From Podarcis muralis (lineage: Eukaryota), in NCBI RefSeq assembly GCF_964188315.1, contig NC_135667.1:14136001-14200000 (forward strand): 64,000 nucleotides of DNA. The letters run 5' to 3'. The notes beneath the pieces are model-generated. The model saw only the letters and a list, made by a program, of their open reading frames with translations, ran no database searches and was not told where the DNA came from. Position 1 is the first letter of the stretch. Each line of letters starts with the position of its first letter. This document shows, piece by piece, positions 12,937 through 25,366 of this stretch. Made by a program: the position numbers and the translations under genes.

Positions 12937-13051
12937 AAAGGACATTGGAGGTGGTTGGATGACGAGATCTACAATTACAAACGCTGGGATTCTCATCGCC
13001 CAGACAACTACAACAATGAAGAATATTGTGTGCATCTGCTAAAGGACGCAG
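12937..13051 (+). CDS. Lectin B exon 5
   Basis: ctgcag|; KGHWRWLDDEIYNYKRWDSHRPDNYNNEEYCVHLLKDA+G|gtaagc; 115 nt. Confidence 0.95.
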
Positions 13052-13724
13052 GTAAGCAAGCAATTTGTAGGGACTGATCAAAAAAAGGTTTCATGCCTAT
13101 CACTCCATCAGTTTCAAGTATTTCAAAGGGTAGTATCTGATTTTAAAAACCAGAAAAATCAAACTCAAAATACTCTGGTTAGTCATTGCTACTGATGGTT
13201 CATTCATTTGAAAAGGTTTACTCTGGGTATTAGATGAGTAAATACAGTGGCAGAGCTTCATGCTCTGGCACTGGGGGGGCGGAGAGCAGGTGGGGGCGGG
13301 GCTGGTGCACATCCTGGGGGCAGGGGGGGCTGCTTGCAGGGCTGGGGTGCCCAGCACTGGTGGGGGGAAGCCACGATGGCACCCTGCCCAGATCGCCCTG
13401 CTAGGGGCAGGGCACTCCCCTCTCACTCCTCATCCTCTGCCAGTGAGTGGATACACTCTCAGCCTGGTGCTTCTCTGTACTAAGGTTCACAAGTCAATAT
13501 CTCTGGAGATCTGACCAGAAGTGGTCCAACTTATTGATCCTTTAGGGACACTTCCAATCATACCATGAAGCAGAATCTTTTTCTGCAGTCAACCTTCATT
13601 CTTCGGTTGCATGTGATCACATATTTTGTTCAGAAAACAGTGGTTGCCAAACTAAGGTCTGGGTTATGCCATCTTATATTCTATCATGTTTCTTAACAAA
13701 ATGATTAGGCTCAAAGAGCATTTT

Positions 13725-13880
13725 TCTTCTTCTTCTTCTTCTTCTTCTTCTTCTTCTTCTTCTTCTTCTTCTTCTTCTTCTTCTTCTTCTTCTTCTATAC
13801 CCCACTCATCTGACTGGGTTTCCCCAGCAACTCTGGGTGGCTCCCAACAGAATATTAAAAGCACAATATAACATATAAGA
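13725..13880 (-). mobile_element. L2 3' tail fragment with (GAA)n microsatellite tail
   Basis: Reverse complement of the L2 3' end (cccagagttgctggggaaacccagtcagatgagtggggtat) abutting (TTC)n. Confidence 0.85.
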
Positions 13881-14214
13881 CTTTGAAGCCAGGTGATCAG
13901 TGAGTGACCTTCATATGTTTTGTTAGTTCTGGGTCACAGCCCTGCTGTGAGTCTTGAAAAGTCCAGACTCACTGGAACAAACTCTGGGGTTGGGGCAAAT
14001 GTTGAAAATGCTTTTAAATTTAAAATTTTTAATCTGTGGCGTTTTAAATTTGGGTTTTTTGTTTTGTTTTTGCTCTGTCGGGGGGGGGGGGGATAAACAT
14101 TTAGTTGGGCCTGGGGATTAGTTTAACTTTAGTATAATTATAAATTGTTTGTTGCTGTTGCTTTCTACTGCTTTATTGGTTCATTGTATAGTTTGTATTC
14201 TGTTCTGAAGGGGA

Positions 14215-17058
14215 GAGGGTCAGGACTGTCTGGGAGTGGGCCCCAGTCAACAGAATGGCTGGGGTGCACTTGGACACCTGATCTCAGTGATCATGGGTAG
14301 GAGGAGGCGTGACGCTAAGACCAGACCATGTCATTAACGAGGAGGCAGGTTTAGTTGTTGTTTGAAGACTATCCCTGCCTCTGGGTCTGGTCTTGACCAC
14401 AAGGATACTGGAATCAACAAGGGAGACCCACATTACCTGAAGGTGCTGCTGTGCAATGCCAGGTCAATGATTCACAAGACCACTGAGATCCACGGCAGGA
14501 TGGAGGACTTGACCTGGCATGTGTAACAGAGACTTGGCTGGATGAAGAAGATGGCCCTGTCCTTGCCACTGCTTGTCTACCAGGTTTCTCTTACACAGCA
14601 ACCCAGCTCATATGGGCGGGGAGGCGAGGTTGCAGTGAGTTTTAGGAAGTCAATAGCTTGCACCAGGCGTCCTATTGGGAAGACCCAGTTTTCTGAGCGT
14701 GTGTTCTGGAAGTTGGACAACAGGGGCAGTACAGGATTCCTTTGGTGTACTGACCTCTCTGCTGTACCAAGGATTCCCTGCCTGAGCTGCTTCAGGTGGT
14801 GGCGGATGTTCTCCTGGAGACACCTAGTTTGGTTGTCCTAGGGGATTTAACATCCATGCTGATACGACCTTACAAGGCACTGCTTGGGACTTCGTGAAAA
14901 GCATGACCTCCATGGGGATGTCCCTGAATGAATTTCACCCAACTCATTGTTGCGGACATGCCTTAGACCTGGAGTTCACCTCTATGGATGTGGGTGATCT
15001 GACACTAAGTAAAAGCGAAACAAAAGAAGTGCCATGGTCAGATCACTTCCTGGTGCCACAACCCTTTCCCTCTGCAGGGAGGTGGGACTGATTTGGACCC
15101 CCCCTCCACTTAATGGATTCAAATGGTTTCCAGAGTGTAGTAGGGGATGTTTTATCTCATGTTGATGGCCTTTCAGCTGATTCCCCGGTGGCCCGCTGGA
15201 ATGCGGAGTTAAGCAGAGCTATCGACTGTCTGGCTCCAAAGCGCTCTCTCCAACTGCATGGAGCCTGGCAGCCTCATTGTTTTCCCCAAACCTGAGGGTG
15301 ATGAAACAATCACTGTGGTGGCAATAGCGCCAGTGGTGGAAATTGGACCAGAAACGGGTTAGAGCTCAACGTCAAACCTACCAAGTGGCAATAGCGACGG
15401 TGAAGAGGTCCTTCTTCACTGCCTCTATTGCATCTGCAGAAAACAGCAGCAGGAGACTCTTTCAGGTGGTTCACAGTCTAACAGAACCACCTTCACCATT
15501 GGGGCCTGGTAAGGACCCCAAGATCTCCTGCATTGATTTTGCAACTTTTTTGCAGGCAAAGCCGCTCAGATTCGGAAAGAGGTAGATGCCATCATGGGAG
15601 CAGGGCTGGAGCAGGAGAGTGCTAGAGTCCTGTCTATTCCAGTTGCATGGGATCAGTTCCAATCTGTTACCTCCGAGGATGTGGACAGGCTGCTTGGATG
15701 AGTGAAACTGACCACCTGTCTCCTCGATCCTTGCCCATCCTGGCTCATAAAAGTGAGCCGGGAAGGGCAGGGTGATGGGCTCCGGGGGATAGTGAATGCT
15801 TCCCTCTGTGAGCAAGCGTTCCCGGAACCGCTGAAAGAGGCAGTTATTAAACTGCGTCTTTAAAAAACATCTTTGGACATGGCCAATATGGACAACTATC
15901 ACCCAGTATCAAATCTTCCATTCTTGGGCAAAGTGACTGAGCAGGTGGTTGCTGAACAACTCCAAGCACGCCTGGAGGATGCGGACCATTTGGATCCCTT
16001 CCAATTGGGATTCAGGCCTCATCATGGGACTGAAACTGCCTTGGTCACGCTGGTCAATGATCTCTGGTGGACTAGGGACAAAGGTGAAAGCTGTTTCCTA
16101 GTTCTGCTGGATCCCTCAGCGGCCTTTGATACCATCAACCATGGCAACCTTCTGGACTGTCTAGAGGCGCTAGGAGCTGGGGGCACTGTTATATAGTGGT
16201 TCTGCTCCTTCCTCCTGGGCCATGTTCAGAAAGTGGTGGTGGGGGCGAGTGCTCAGACCCCTCACTTGTTGGGTGCCTCAGGGTTCTGTCCTCTCCCCCA
16301 TGCTTTTCAACATCTACATGCAGCCGCTGGGAGAGATCATCAGCGGGTTTGGGCTGGGTGTTCATCAGTATGCGGATGATACCCAGCTCTACCTCTCTTT
16401 CAAATCAGAACCAGTGAAGGCGGTGAAGGTCCTTTTTGAGTGTCTGGAGGCAGTTGGGGGATGGATGGCAGCTAACAGATTGAGGCTGAATCCTCACAAG
16501 ACAGAAGTACTGTTTTGGGGGGACAGGGGGATGGCAGGTGTGGAGGACTCTCTATGTTCTGAATGGGGTAGCTGTGCACCTGAAGGACCAGATGTGCAGC
16601 CTGGGACTCATTTTAGACTCACAGCTGTCCATGGAGGCATAGGCCAATTCTGTGTTCAGGGCAGCTGCCTACCAGCTCCATCTGGTAAGCAGGCTGAGAC
16701 CCTACCTGCCTGCAGACTGTCTTGCCAGAGTGGTGCATGCTCTAGTTATCTCTCGCTTGGACTACTGCAATGCGCTCTGTGTGGGGCTACCTTTGAAGGT
16801 GAGCCAGAAACTACAACTAATGCAGAATGCGGCAGCTAGACTGGTGACTGGGAGTGGCTGCAGAGACCATATAACACTGGTCCTGAAAGACCTACATTGG
16901 CTCCCACTACGTTTCTGAGCACAATTCAAAGTGTTGGTGCTGATCTTGAAAGCCCTCAATGGACTCAGCCCAGTATACCTGAAGGAGTGTCTCCACCCCC
17001 ATCGTTCAACCTGGGCACAGAGGTCCAGCTCTGAGGGCCTTTTGGTGGTTCCCTCACT
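14215..17058 (+). mobile_element. Long degenerate L2 LINE (APE endonuclease + RT) in lectin B intron 5
   Basis: KVLLCNARSM..K and LACVTETWL (APE); [42 protein letters not shown] and YADDTQLY (RT); many frameshifts; 3' tail missing. Confidence 0.92.
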
Positions 17059-17089
17059 ATTATTAAAGTCTGAATCCATTTTATTCCCC

Positions 17090-17332
17090 CAGTGTGGTGT
17101 GGTGTAGTGGTTAAGAGCGGTGGACTCGTAATCTGGTGAACTGGGTTTGATTCCCCGCTCCTCCACATGCAGCTGCTGGGTGACCTTGGGCCAGTCACAC
17201 TTCTCTGAAGTCTCTCAGCCCCACTCACCTCACAGAGTGTTTGTTGTGGGGGAGGAAGGGAAAGGAGAATGTTAGCCGCTTTGAGACTCCTTAAAGGGAG
17301 TGAAAGGCGGGATATCAAATCCAAACTCTTCT
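17090..17332 (+). mobile_element. tRNA-derived SINE (squamate family, exact name uncertain)
   Basis: A-box gtgtagtggtt and B-box gtttgattcc; near-identical copy at 35001-35240. Confidence 0.85.
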
Positions 17333-17413
17333 ACACATTGGGGAAAGGAATAATAGGCAATAAGAAGTAACTTTCCTTATTTCTTGAATTACAATTTTTG
17401 TTTTGAATTTCAG

Positions 17414-17475
17414 GTTTTAAGAAGTGGAATGACGTAAAATGCAACAACAAGTACGCCTTCATCTGCAAGCAATAA
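17414..17475 (+). CDS. Lectin B exon 6
   Basis: tttcag|; (G)FKKWNDVKCNNKYAFICKQ*; WND motif. Confidence 0.95.
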
Positions 17476-20400
17476 CTCTAAAGGAGACTTCCCTTCTCCA
17501 CTGTGTTGGCTGGGAAGCTTCCTTGACATTATATGTATTTCTGCTCTCTCTCATCACTTTCAAAATAGCCATTGCTATAGAGATGCCTCTTCAATTTCCC
17601 CCTTCCCTTTGAAATTTTCTTGGACCTGCAGCAGAGCATCATCTTAATAAATTCTCTTCCATGCATATTTTCCTTATTGCATTGCTGTTCTGCTTTGTCC
17701 ATCCATACTTACAAGCACGGCCACCCCACCCATGAGGCAAGGTGAAGTTCTTGCCTCAGACGGCAAGCTGGGATGGGTAGCAGATTGGCCTTCTGCTCTT
17801 GTTGACTGTCTCCTCTGTCTCCACCAGCCTGCCCTGCTTGCATCCACATTCCCTCCTATAATGCAAGGACATCATAGATGATAGGAGAGACCTGCCCCTG
17901 TTACATGGGTGCATTATGTATGTGCCCTGAGGGAATGGCAAAGAGAATGATGATGAGGGCATTGGCACTGGAAGGCCTTTTCTGGGTGAGTGCCAGCTGC
18001 CCACAAGTGGGGACCTGGGGGTGAGTGACAGGGGTGTCATGTAAGCTGGAATCGCATGGGGTGGCAGGAGCTGAAGTCACAGGAGGAGAGGTTATCCTGG
18101 CTCTGCCTTTACCTCTTCCACAAACCCAAGTGCTCAATCCCTTCCTGAAGCCATTTACTAGGTACTGGAGTCAGGAACATTGGCATGTTGCTGTTAGTTA
18201 GGATAAGCCTGACTTTCAGCATAGCTGACAAGAAAGGCTGTAGAGGATTGGTTCCTCCTTTGCAAGGTGTGTAGTTCTTGGGCAGGCAGGTGAAGCAGGA
18301 AAGAACAGCATCCCCTACCATGTAAAGGAGGCCCATTGTCTTTTAGACTTCTTAACTATGATTCTTGGGGGTGCAATTTTCTCATTTGCTTCAGTTGCCA
18401 GGATGCCTTGGGCTGGCCCTGCCTTGGGGACACTTCTTCTACCATCACCGCTGCTCACAACACACAGAGCATTCATACCTCAAAGTAGCTACAAATTCCC
18501 ATCCTAAAGCACACTCATTTTCTCAGAGCTCCTCAGAGCATGTGACTGTTGGGATATGTCCGGGGAGACGGGGGCAATTGACAGGCCCCCAGCTGGCTCC
18601 AGCCCACCGGCCAGCAGCCGGGCGAACTCCGGTTCTTGGATCAGCATCAAAACTGCAACTCAAGCCTCAGAGACCTTTAGAGACTGAGCACGCAAGCTAG
18701 CAGAGATAAGAACTCTTTGCAACAGAAGTAGCGGACAGAGGCATATGTAAGCATATTTACAAGCATTTATTCAGCATCAGGACAAAGGAAAAAATATGTC
18801 TGCTTCCCTTTGTGTCCAAGCAAATGGCACAGGCAAAAGCTATATACAACGGAAGTTGCCAGCAGACTGTGCTGGAAGTAAATAGACATGTGACATACAA
18901 CAACTCTACATGCCTGTTCTAAAGGTGGAACGAAACTATATCCTAGCAGTGACCTCTGACAAGGCCTGGGATGCTGCATTGTTCATTCGACCAGCCCCAG
19001 CAAAAGCTGCCTAGATCTTCCAGTGCAGCCTGGAATAAAAGGAGAAATACTCTTAAGCATTCACAAAACATTTTGCCAATCACGATAAACAGAAAATTAC
19101 AACCCATGTGTTTAAGTAAGAATTTTAACTTGCTGCACCTGTGAGATGTTTGATGGCTTTATGGTTGTATTTCTGATTCATTTTATATTTTTTGTTTTGT
19201 GGAATGGCTACGGTCTATCAATAAGCAACAGCCCCGTGGTGACAAGCAGACATGGCAAATGGGGTGGGGCATAGGCGTTTCACAAATGTTTTCTCAGTAG
19301 GAAGAAAGCCTTGATCTTTCAAGCAAGGTAATTCTGAGTAGCCACCCAATTGCCTTTTATACTGTAAAGGCAGTACTGTATACTGTACTTGGGGAGTGAC
19401 TGAAATAATGTCGAAGCGGAGGAAAGTGCTTTAACAAACACATCTCAGAACAGAAGCAGACTTTCGTCCTTTGCCTGATGTCAGGGCTAGCAGCAAATAT
19501 CACCAACTTGCCCTGTTCCTTTTCTGCTGTTCTGGGAGGCTCCCCTCCAGAGTCCCAGGTTCCTTCCTCTGATTCCTTAGCAGCAGCAATTATGTGATTA
19601 AGGATCCTTAGCAATGATGCTGCATGTCAAAGGCTCAGATGGTTGCCTCTATGTTCCTTTTATCCCCTCACACCCGGTGACCCTGTTTGTACTATTTAAT
19701 TGCCTTTAAATGTATTAAGAACTGTAACTCAACCGGAATGGTACGGATTGCTGTCTTATAATGATGACGTTGCACCAGGACTCATGCCTGCAAGCATTCC
19801 AGACTCTGAGCTTTTCTTTTCTTAAAGTAAGTCTCTACCTGCCTAGAAGGAAACCTAGCAGTTTCTCTGACAGACATCTAACATGCCAGCAAGTGTCTAA
19901 TGAGGCCAGTGGGATGCATGGGCTCTTGCCATTATCAAACACAGTTTGCTTTGGGGTGGGAATTTGTAGCTATTTTTAGGTTTGACTGCAGTGTGCAGCA
20001 CTGCTGGGGGCAGGGTCCCTTAGGTGCTGTGCTCCTCGTTCCCTGTGACCACCACCTAAATTTGAGTTGGTGCTCTTGGACCTTGAGTGGCAAAGATGGA
20101 TGGACTGTGAAGGTCATAGTCATGGGTTGCCGCAAATGGCTGCGGAGAGCATGCCTTGATCACGGTGAAGGCTAGATTGCCGAGAGCGGCTAGGGGGAAA
20201 CACAAGGGTGCTGTGCTCAAAACTCAAAAGGAAGTTTTGGGTGCAGGGTTTCGGCTGTGCCAAATTGCGAGCTCGCCTGATAACCCCACCACTCTGAAAG
20301 GGGAGGTGGGGGGGGGGGAAGACAAGGTTGAGCCAAAGCACAAGAATCCATTGCTAATCCCTCCCCCTGATGAGAAGCCTCAGGCTCCGGCTGTAAAGCG

Positions 20401-21080
20401 GTTAATGTCTGTTGAGGGAGGGGGCCCAACCCATTTGCCGTCTTGCCCTGACCCCCCTAGTCCCACTTCACCTCACCGGGAAGAGAGCTTTGCTTGATTA
20501 CATTTCAACACTTGCTGGATCCAGGGATTAGAGGGGTCTGGCACCCCGCTCCCAACTCATAACATTACTATGTCAAATTGACCTCTGCACCATCTATTTC
20601 TTTACAACTATTTCTTAACAAATGCAACTATTTCTTAACAAGGGTGACTTGGCTATAGGGGTGGAATAGGCATTAGAAACCACTCTTTGGGTTTGCAGAA
20701 CTTGCACAAAGAGCTACAGTTGGTCAAGTTCCTTCTTCTGCAGAACAGTTACATTTGCAGGATCCCTTTCACCTTTTGCACCAGGTCATACTTATTATCT
20801 ACTTGCAAATTTATTCCACCTCTTTCCTTCTGATTTTATGTGCCTCTCTGCCAGGGGTGCCAGCTTGGGGGTGGGGCTGAGCTCTTTGGGCGCCCCAAAT
20901 GATTTTTTTGGCTGGGGCGGAGCTCCCATAATATTCAGGGGACAGAGGAGGCTGGGCACCAAGCCGCAGTTCCCATGGCTGGTTTCTCCTCCCCCCCCCC
21001 CGGATGTTCCTCTTTTCTGTGTGTATTATTTTTATTAATTTTTTCTATTTTACAATTCAGTATATTCATTTAAACAACCT

Positions 21081-21604
21081 TTCCTAGTTTCCTAGTTCTG
21101 CTGGATCTCTCAGCAGCCTTTGACACCATCGACCATAGCATCCTTCTGGACCGTCTAGAGGGGCTGGGAGCTGGGGGCACTGTTATACGGTGGTTCCGCT
21201 CCTTTCTCCTGGGACGTGTCCAGAAAGCGGTGTTGGGGGATGAGTGTTCAGACCCCTGGGGTCTCACTTGTGGGGTGCCTCAGGGTTCTGTCTTCTCCCC
21301 CATGCTTTTTAATAGCTATATGCAGCCGCTGGGAGAGATCATCAGGGGGTTTGGGCTGGGTGTTCATCAGTATGCAGAATACACCCAGCTCTACCTCTCT
21401 TTTAAATCAGAACCAGTGAAGGGGGTGAAGGTCCTGTGTGAGTGCCTGGAGGTGGTTGGAGGATGGATGGCGACTAACAGATTGAGGTTGAATCCTGACA
21501 AGACTGAAGTACTGTTTTGGGGGGACAGGTGGGTGTGGGGGACTCCCTGGTCCTGAATGGGGTAACTGTGCCCCTGAAGGACCAGGTGCGCAGCCTGGGA
21601 GTGA
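21081..21604 (+). mobile_element. L2 RT fragment (unit 1 of a tandem L2 composite)
   Basis: LVLLDLSAAFDTIDH...GVPQGSV...; at ~21604 the sequence jumps back to an earlier L2 position. Confidence 0.88.
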
Positions 21605-22855
21605 TCTCCGGCGGTCTAGGGACAAAGGTGAGAGCTGTTTCCTAGTTCTGCTGGATCTCTCAGCGGCCTTTGATACCATCGACCATAGCATCCTTCTGGA
21701 CCGTCTTGAAGGTCTGGGAGCTGGGGCCACTGTCATACAGTGGTTCTGCTCCTTCCTCCTGGGCCGTGTTCAGAAAGTGGGGGGGGGGATGAGTGTTCAG
21801 ACCCCTGGGCTCTCACTTGTGGGGTGCCTCAGGGTTCTGTCCTCTCCCCCATGCTTTTCAACATCTATATGCAGCCACTGGGAGAGATCATCAGGGGGTT
21901 TGGGCTGGGTGTTCATCAGTATGCGGATGATTCCCAGCTCTATCTCTCTTTCAAATCAGAACCAGTGAAGGCGGTGAAGGGCCTGTGTGAGTGCCTGGAG
22001 GCGGTTGGAGGTTGGATGGCGGCTAACAGATTGAGGTTGAATCCTGACCAGACAGAAATACTGTTCTTGGGGGACAGGGGGATGGCAGGTGTGGAGGACT
22101 CTCTGGTCCTGAATGGGGTAACTGTGCACCTGAAGGACCAGGTGCGCAGCCTGGGAGTCATTTTGGACTCGCAGCTATCCATGGAGGCACAGGTCAAATC
22201 TGTGTCCAGGGCAACTGTTTACCAGCTCCATCTGGTACGTAGGCTGAGACCCTATCTGCCTGCGGACTGCCTCGCCAGAGTGGTGCATGCTCTGGTTATC
22301 TCCCGCTTGGACTACTGCAATGCGCTCTACGTGGGGCTACCTTTGTAGGTGACCCGGAAACTACAACTAATCCAGAATGCGGCAGCTAGACTGGTGACTG
22401 GGAGTGGCCGCCGAGACCACATAACACCGGTCTTAAAAGACCTACATTGGCTCCCAGTACGTTACCAAGCACAATTCAAAGTATTGGTGCTGACCTTTAA
22501 AGCCATAAATGGCCTCAGTCCTGTATACCTGAAGGAGCGTCTCCACCCCCATTGTTCTACCTGGACACTGAGGTCCAGCACCCAGGGCCTTCTGGTGGTT
22601 CCCTCAATGCGAGAAGCCAAGTTACAGGGAACCAGGCAGAGGGCCTTCCCGGTAGTGGCGCCCTCCCTGTGGAACACCCTCCCACCAGATGTCAAAGAGA
22701 ACAACTACTACCAGACTTTTAGAAGACATCTGAAGGCAGCCCTGTTCAGGGAAGCTTTTAATGTTTGATGTATTAGAGTATTTTAATATTTTTTTTTGGA
22801 AGCCGCCCAGAGTGGCTGGGGAAGCCCAGCCAGATGGGCGGGGTAGAAATAATAA

Positions 22856-22905
<50 letters not shown>

Positions 22906-22916
22906 TACTACTACTA
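21605..22916 (+). mobile_element. L2 RT to 3' end with (TAT)n(TAC)n tail (unit 2)
   Basis: ORFs 21740-22348 and 22349-22768 ([31 protein letters not shown]), split by one in-frame stop. Confidence 0.92.
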
Positions 22917-22918
22917 CA

Positions 22919-23484
22919 GTTATCTCCTGCTTAGACTACTGCAATGCGCTCTACATGGGGCTACCTTTGAAGGTGACCCAGAAACTACAATTAATCCAGA
23001 ATGCGGCAGCTAGACTGGTGACCTGGAGTGGCCACCGGGACCACATAACACTGGTCCTGAGAGATCTGCATTGGCTCCCACTATGTTTCCGAGCACAATT
23101 CAAAGTGTTGGTGCTGACCTTTAAAGCCCTAAATGGCCTTGGTCCTGTATACCTGAAGGAGCGTCTCCACCCCCATCATTCACCCCGGACAGTTTGATCC
23201 AGCACCGAGGGCCTTCTGGCGGTTCCCTCATTGCGAGAAGTGAGGTTATAGGGAACCAGACAGGGGGCCTTCTCGGTAGTGGTGCCCGCCCTGTGGAATG
23301 CCCCCCTTCAACTGTGAAGGAAATAAGCAAAATAAGCAGCTATCTTCTTTTTAAAAGACATCTGAAGGCAGCCCTGTTTAGGGAAGTTTTTAATATTTAA
23401 TGCTGTATTTTTTTTAACACTTGATTGGAAGCAGCCCAGAGTGGCTGGAGAAACTCAGGCAGATGGGAGGGGTATAAATAATAA

Positions 23485-23523
<39 letters not shown>
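22919..23523 (+). mobile_element. L2 3' fragment with (TAT)n tail (unit 3)
   Basis: Starts at LDYCNALY directly after the tail of unit 2. Confidence 0.9.
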
Positions 23524-23526
<3 letters not shown>

Positions 23527-23528
23527 CT

Positions 23529-23830
23529 GAAATTGTCAATGACTTCCCTTCTCTTTCCATGGTTCATTTTGCATATTACAAATCCCTGCATATTTTACAT
23601 AAACTAAACCATTCAGTACTCCATTATGACATCCATCAAAACTTGTTTACACTGTTGAATTTATCTTAATGCTGCCAACGCTTTCAAGTGCACAGAATTC
23701 TCCACCATACATTCAAGAAACATTTTCCAATCTTCTTGTTCTCTTATTCGATAGGATAGGTCCACAAGCTGCACATATTCCATCAGTTTAAGTCGCCATT
23801 CTTCTTTAGTTGGGACCTCGCTCGTTTTCC
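23529..23830 (-). mobile_element. L1-clade 3' fragment (probably continues at ~21010-21075 across the L2 composite)
   Basis: EEWRLKLMEYVQLVDLSYRIREQEDW resembles the ORF2 C-terminus of the other L1 copies. Confidence 0.7.
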
Positions 23831-24169
23831 AGCCCCTGGCTCCTCCTCTTGGCATGATTCCAAGCATCATGCAGCATGTGGGACACTCAAGACATGGTGC
23901 CCGTGACATCACTTGCATGGTGTCGGAACCTTTTCCCCCGACCGCCACAGGAAGAGGAGGAGAAGCCAGGGTTCAGGACACTTGGCCAAGTGATGTCACA
24001 AATGCACACACACCAACTATTGCGTGTGTGATGTCACACATGTACACAACAACACCCCCCCCCCCAATTCTGCTTCATAAGTTCTGCCCTTGAGAGATGC
24101 CTTCTGAGGGGGGGCGAACTAGATGTCACATTAAACATGGTCCAGACAATTAATATAGTAGCAGGCATA

Positions 24170-24526
24170 AAGGTAAAGGTAAAGGGACCCCTGACCATTA
24201 GATCCAGTTGTGGCCAACTCTGGGGTTGCAGTGCTCATCTCACTTTATTGGCCGAGGGAGCCAGCGTACAGCTTCCGGGTCATGTGGCCAGCATGACTAA
24301 GCCACTTCCGGCGAAACCAGAGTAGTGCACGGAAACGCCATTTACCTTCCCGTCGAAGCGGTACCTATTTATCTACTTGCACTGTGACGTGCTTTTGAAC
24401 TGCTAGGTTGGCAGGAGCAGGGACCGAGCAACAGGAGCTCAACCCGACGCGGGGATTCAAACCGCCGACCTTCTGATGGGCAAGTCCTAGGCTCTGTGGT
24501 TCAACCCACTGCGCCCCCCATGTCCC
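24170..24526 (-). mobile_element. Sauria SINE
   Basis: Reverse complement of the gggac..tgggttgaaccacagagcctagg head and (ACCTTT)n tail; 14-bp TSD tagtagcaggcata at 24156-24169 and 24527-24540. Confidence 0.93.
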
Positions 24527-25016
24527 TAGTAGCAGGCATAGAGAGTTCCAATTTTCCTCTGGACTTCAGTGCGTGCACAGAGGAGAGAGACGCCTTCCCT
24601 TGTCCACTGCAGTCTCAACAGAAGTTGTTCTGCCAGAGCTGCTGTGACTCCTAGAATGGTAGCCAATGAGAGTGGGGAGCAATGACAGATTTCCCTCTGG
24701 GGTAATAGTTGTTTGGTGGGGTGATGTGGGGCAGGGGGAGCAGAGCTTAATCAGGGCTAGACCAAGGGACAAAACTTTGGTTCCAGTTACTACAGGGGCC
24801 TGCCATGCTGGTGTTGTACAACACAGCTAATGTGGGTGGGACTGGGGTGGGTCAGGGTGGTGTCAAGTTTGTGGCTATCTGAATGCAGCAGCAGCAGCAG
24901 AGGGGACTTGGCATTAGGGCAAGCATATTAGCAATTGCTCTGAATATTCACGCAATCAAAATGTTGGTGGTTTTCAGTGGAATTTGAAACCGGCCTTTTC
25001 TCTCTTGATCTGTACT

Positions 25017-25087
25017 CCATATATGGAAAAGTGGTTCATCTTTCTTCCCTCTTTTCCATGCCCTTCCCTGGCCAAGTTCTATATAAG
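25017..25087 (+). promoter_or_regulatory. Lectin C core promoter: CArG box CCATATATGG (25017-25026) and TATATAAG (25080-25087)
   Basis: Alignable to the lectin B promoter; non-coding exon 1 (~25107-25164) ends at gg|gtaagt. Confidence 0.75.
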
Positions 25088-25366
25088 AATGGGCCCCACA
25101 GCCTGAGAAACCAACTTGCCACGGCGGAAAGCAGCATCCATCACCTCAACGGGACGGAGCTTGGGTAAGTTGGAGGTCGGGATGGGTGAATCTGACAGAT
25201 TTGGTCTCTTGCAGTCTTCCACATCAGTTGGCATTTTTTAAATTTAAAAAATCATTATTTTAGTAAATTTCTGCTAATTGACACATTTCTGCGAACATTT
25301 CTCCTTTCTATAATGCATTTTACATGTTATTTTCATATACATATGCATTTCTACACACTGTATCCT

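Larger units (their letters stand above)
8493..17651 (+). other. C-type lectin gene B (REG4-like / snake-venom-CTL-like), 6 exons, 156 aa
   Basis: Hand-spliced CDS of 471 nt, all introns GT-AG with consistent phases: MGVVTYLCLFGFLVSYSFPGVKARSCPRNWLKAQGSCYAYFDSQKTWSEAENECLSYGCGSHLASILNEKESDVVANYISAHQKNASQVWIGLHDPTEKGHWRWLDDEIYNYKRWDSHRPDNYNNEEYCVHLLKDAGFKKWNDVKCNNKYAFICKQ; AATAAA at 17646-17651. Confidence 0.93.

Noticed and set aside
13664-13871. Poly-Glu/poly-Ser ORFs and other homopolymer ORFs (poly-N, -Y, -I, -L, CV repeats)
   Set aside because: Translations of microsatellites and L2 tails.
17090-17170. tRNA genes (also at 24440-24526, 35001-35070, 48333-48410 and 61400-61469)
   Set aside because: These are A/B-box heads of SINEs with SINE bodies and tails; I could not fold a complete cloverleaf.
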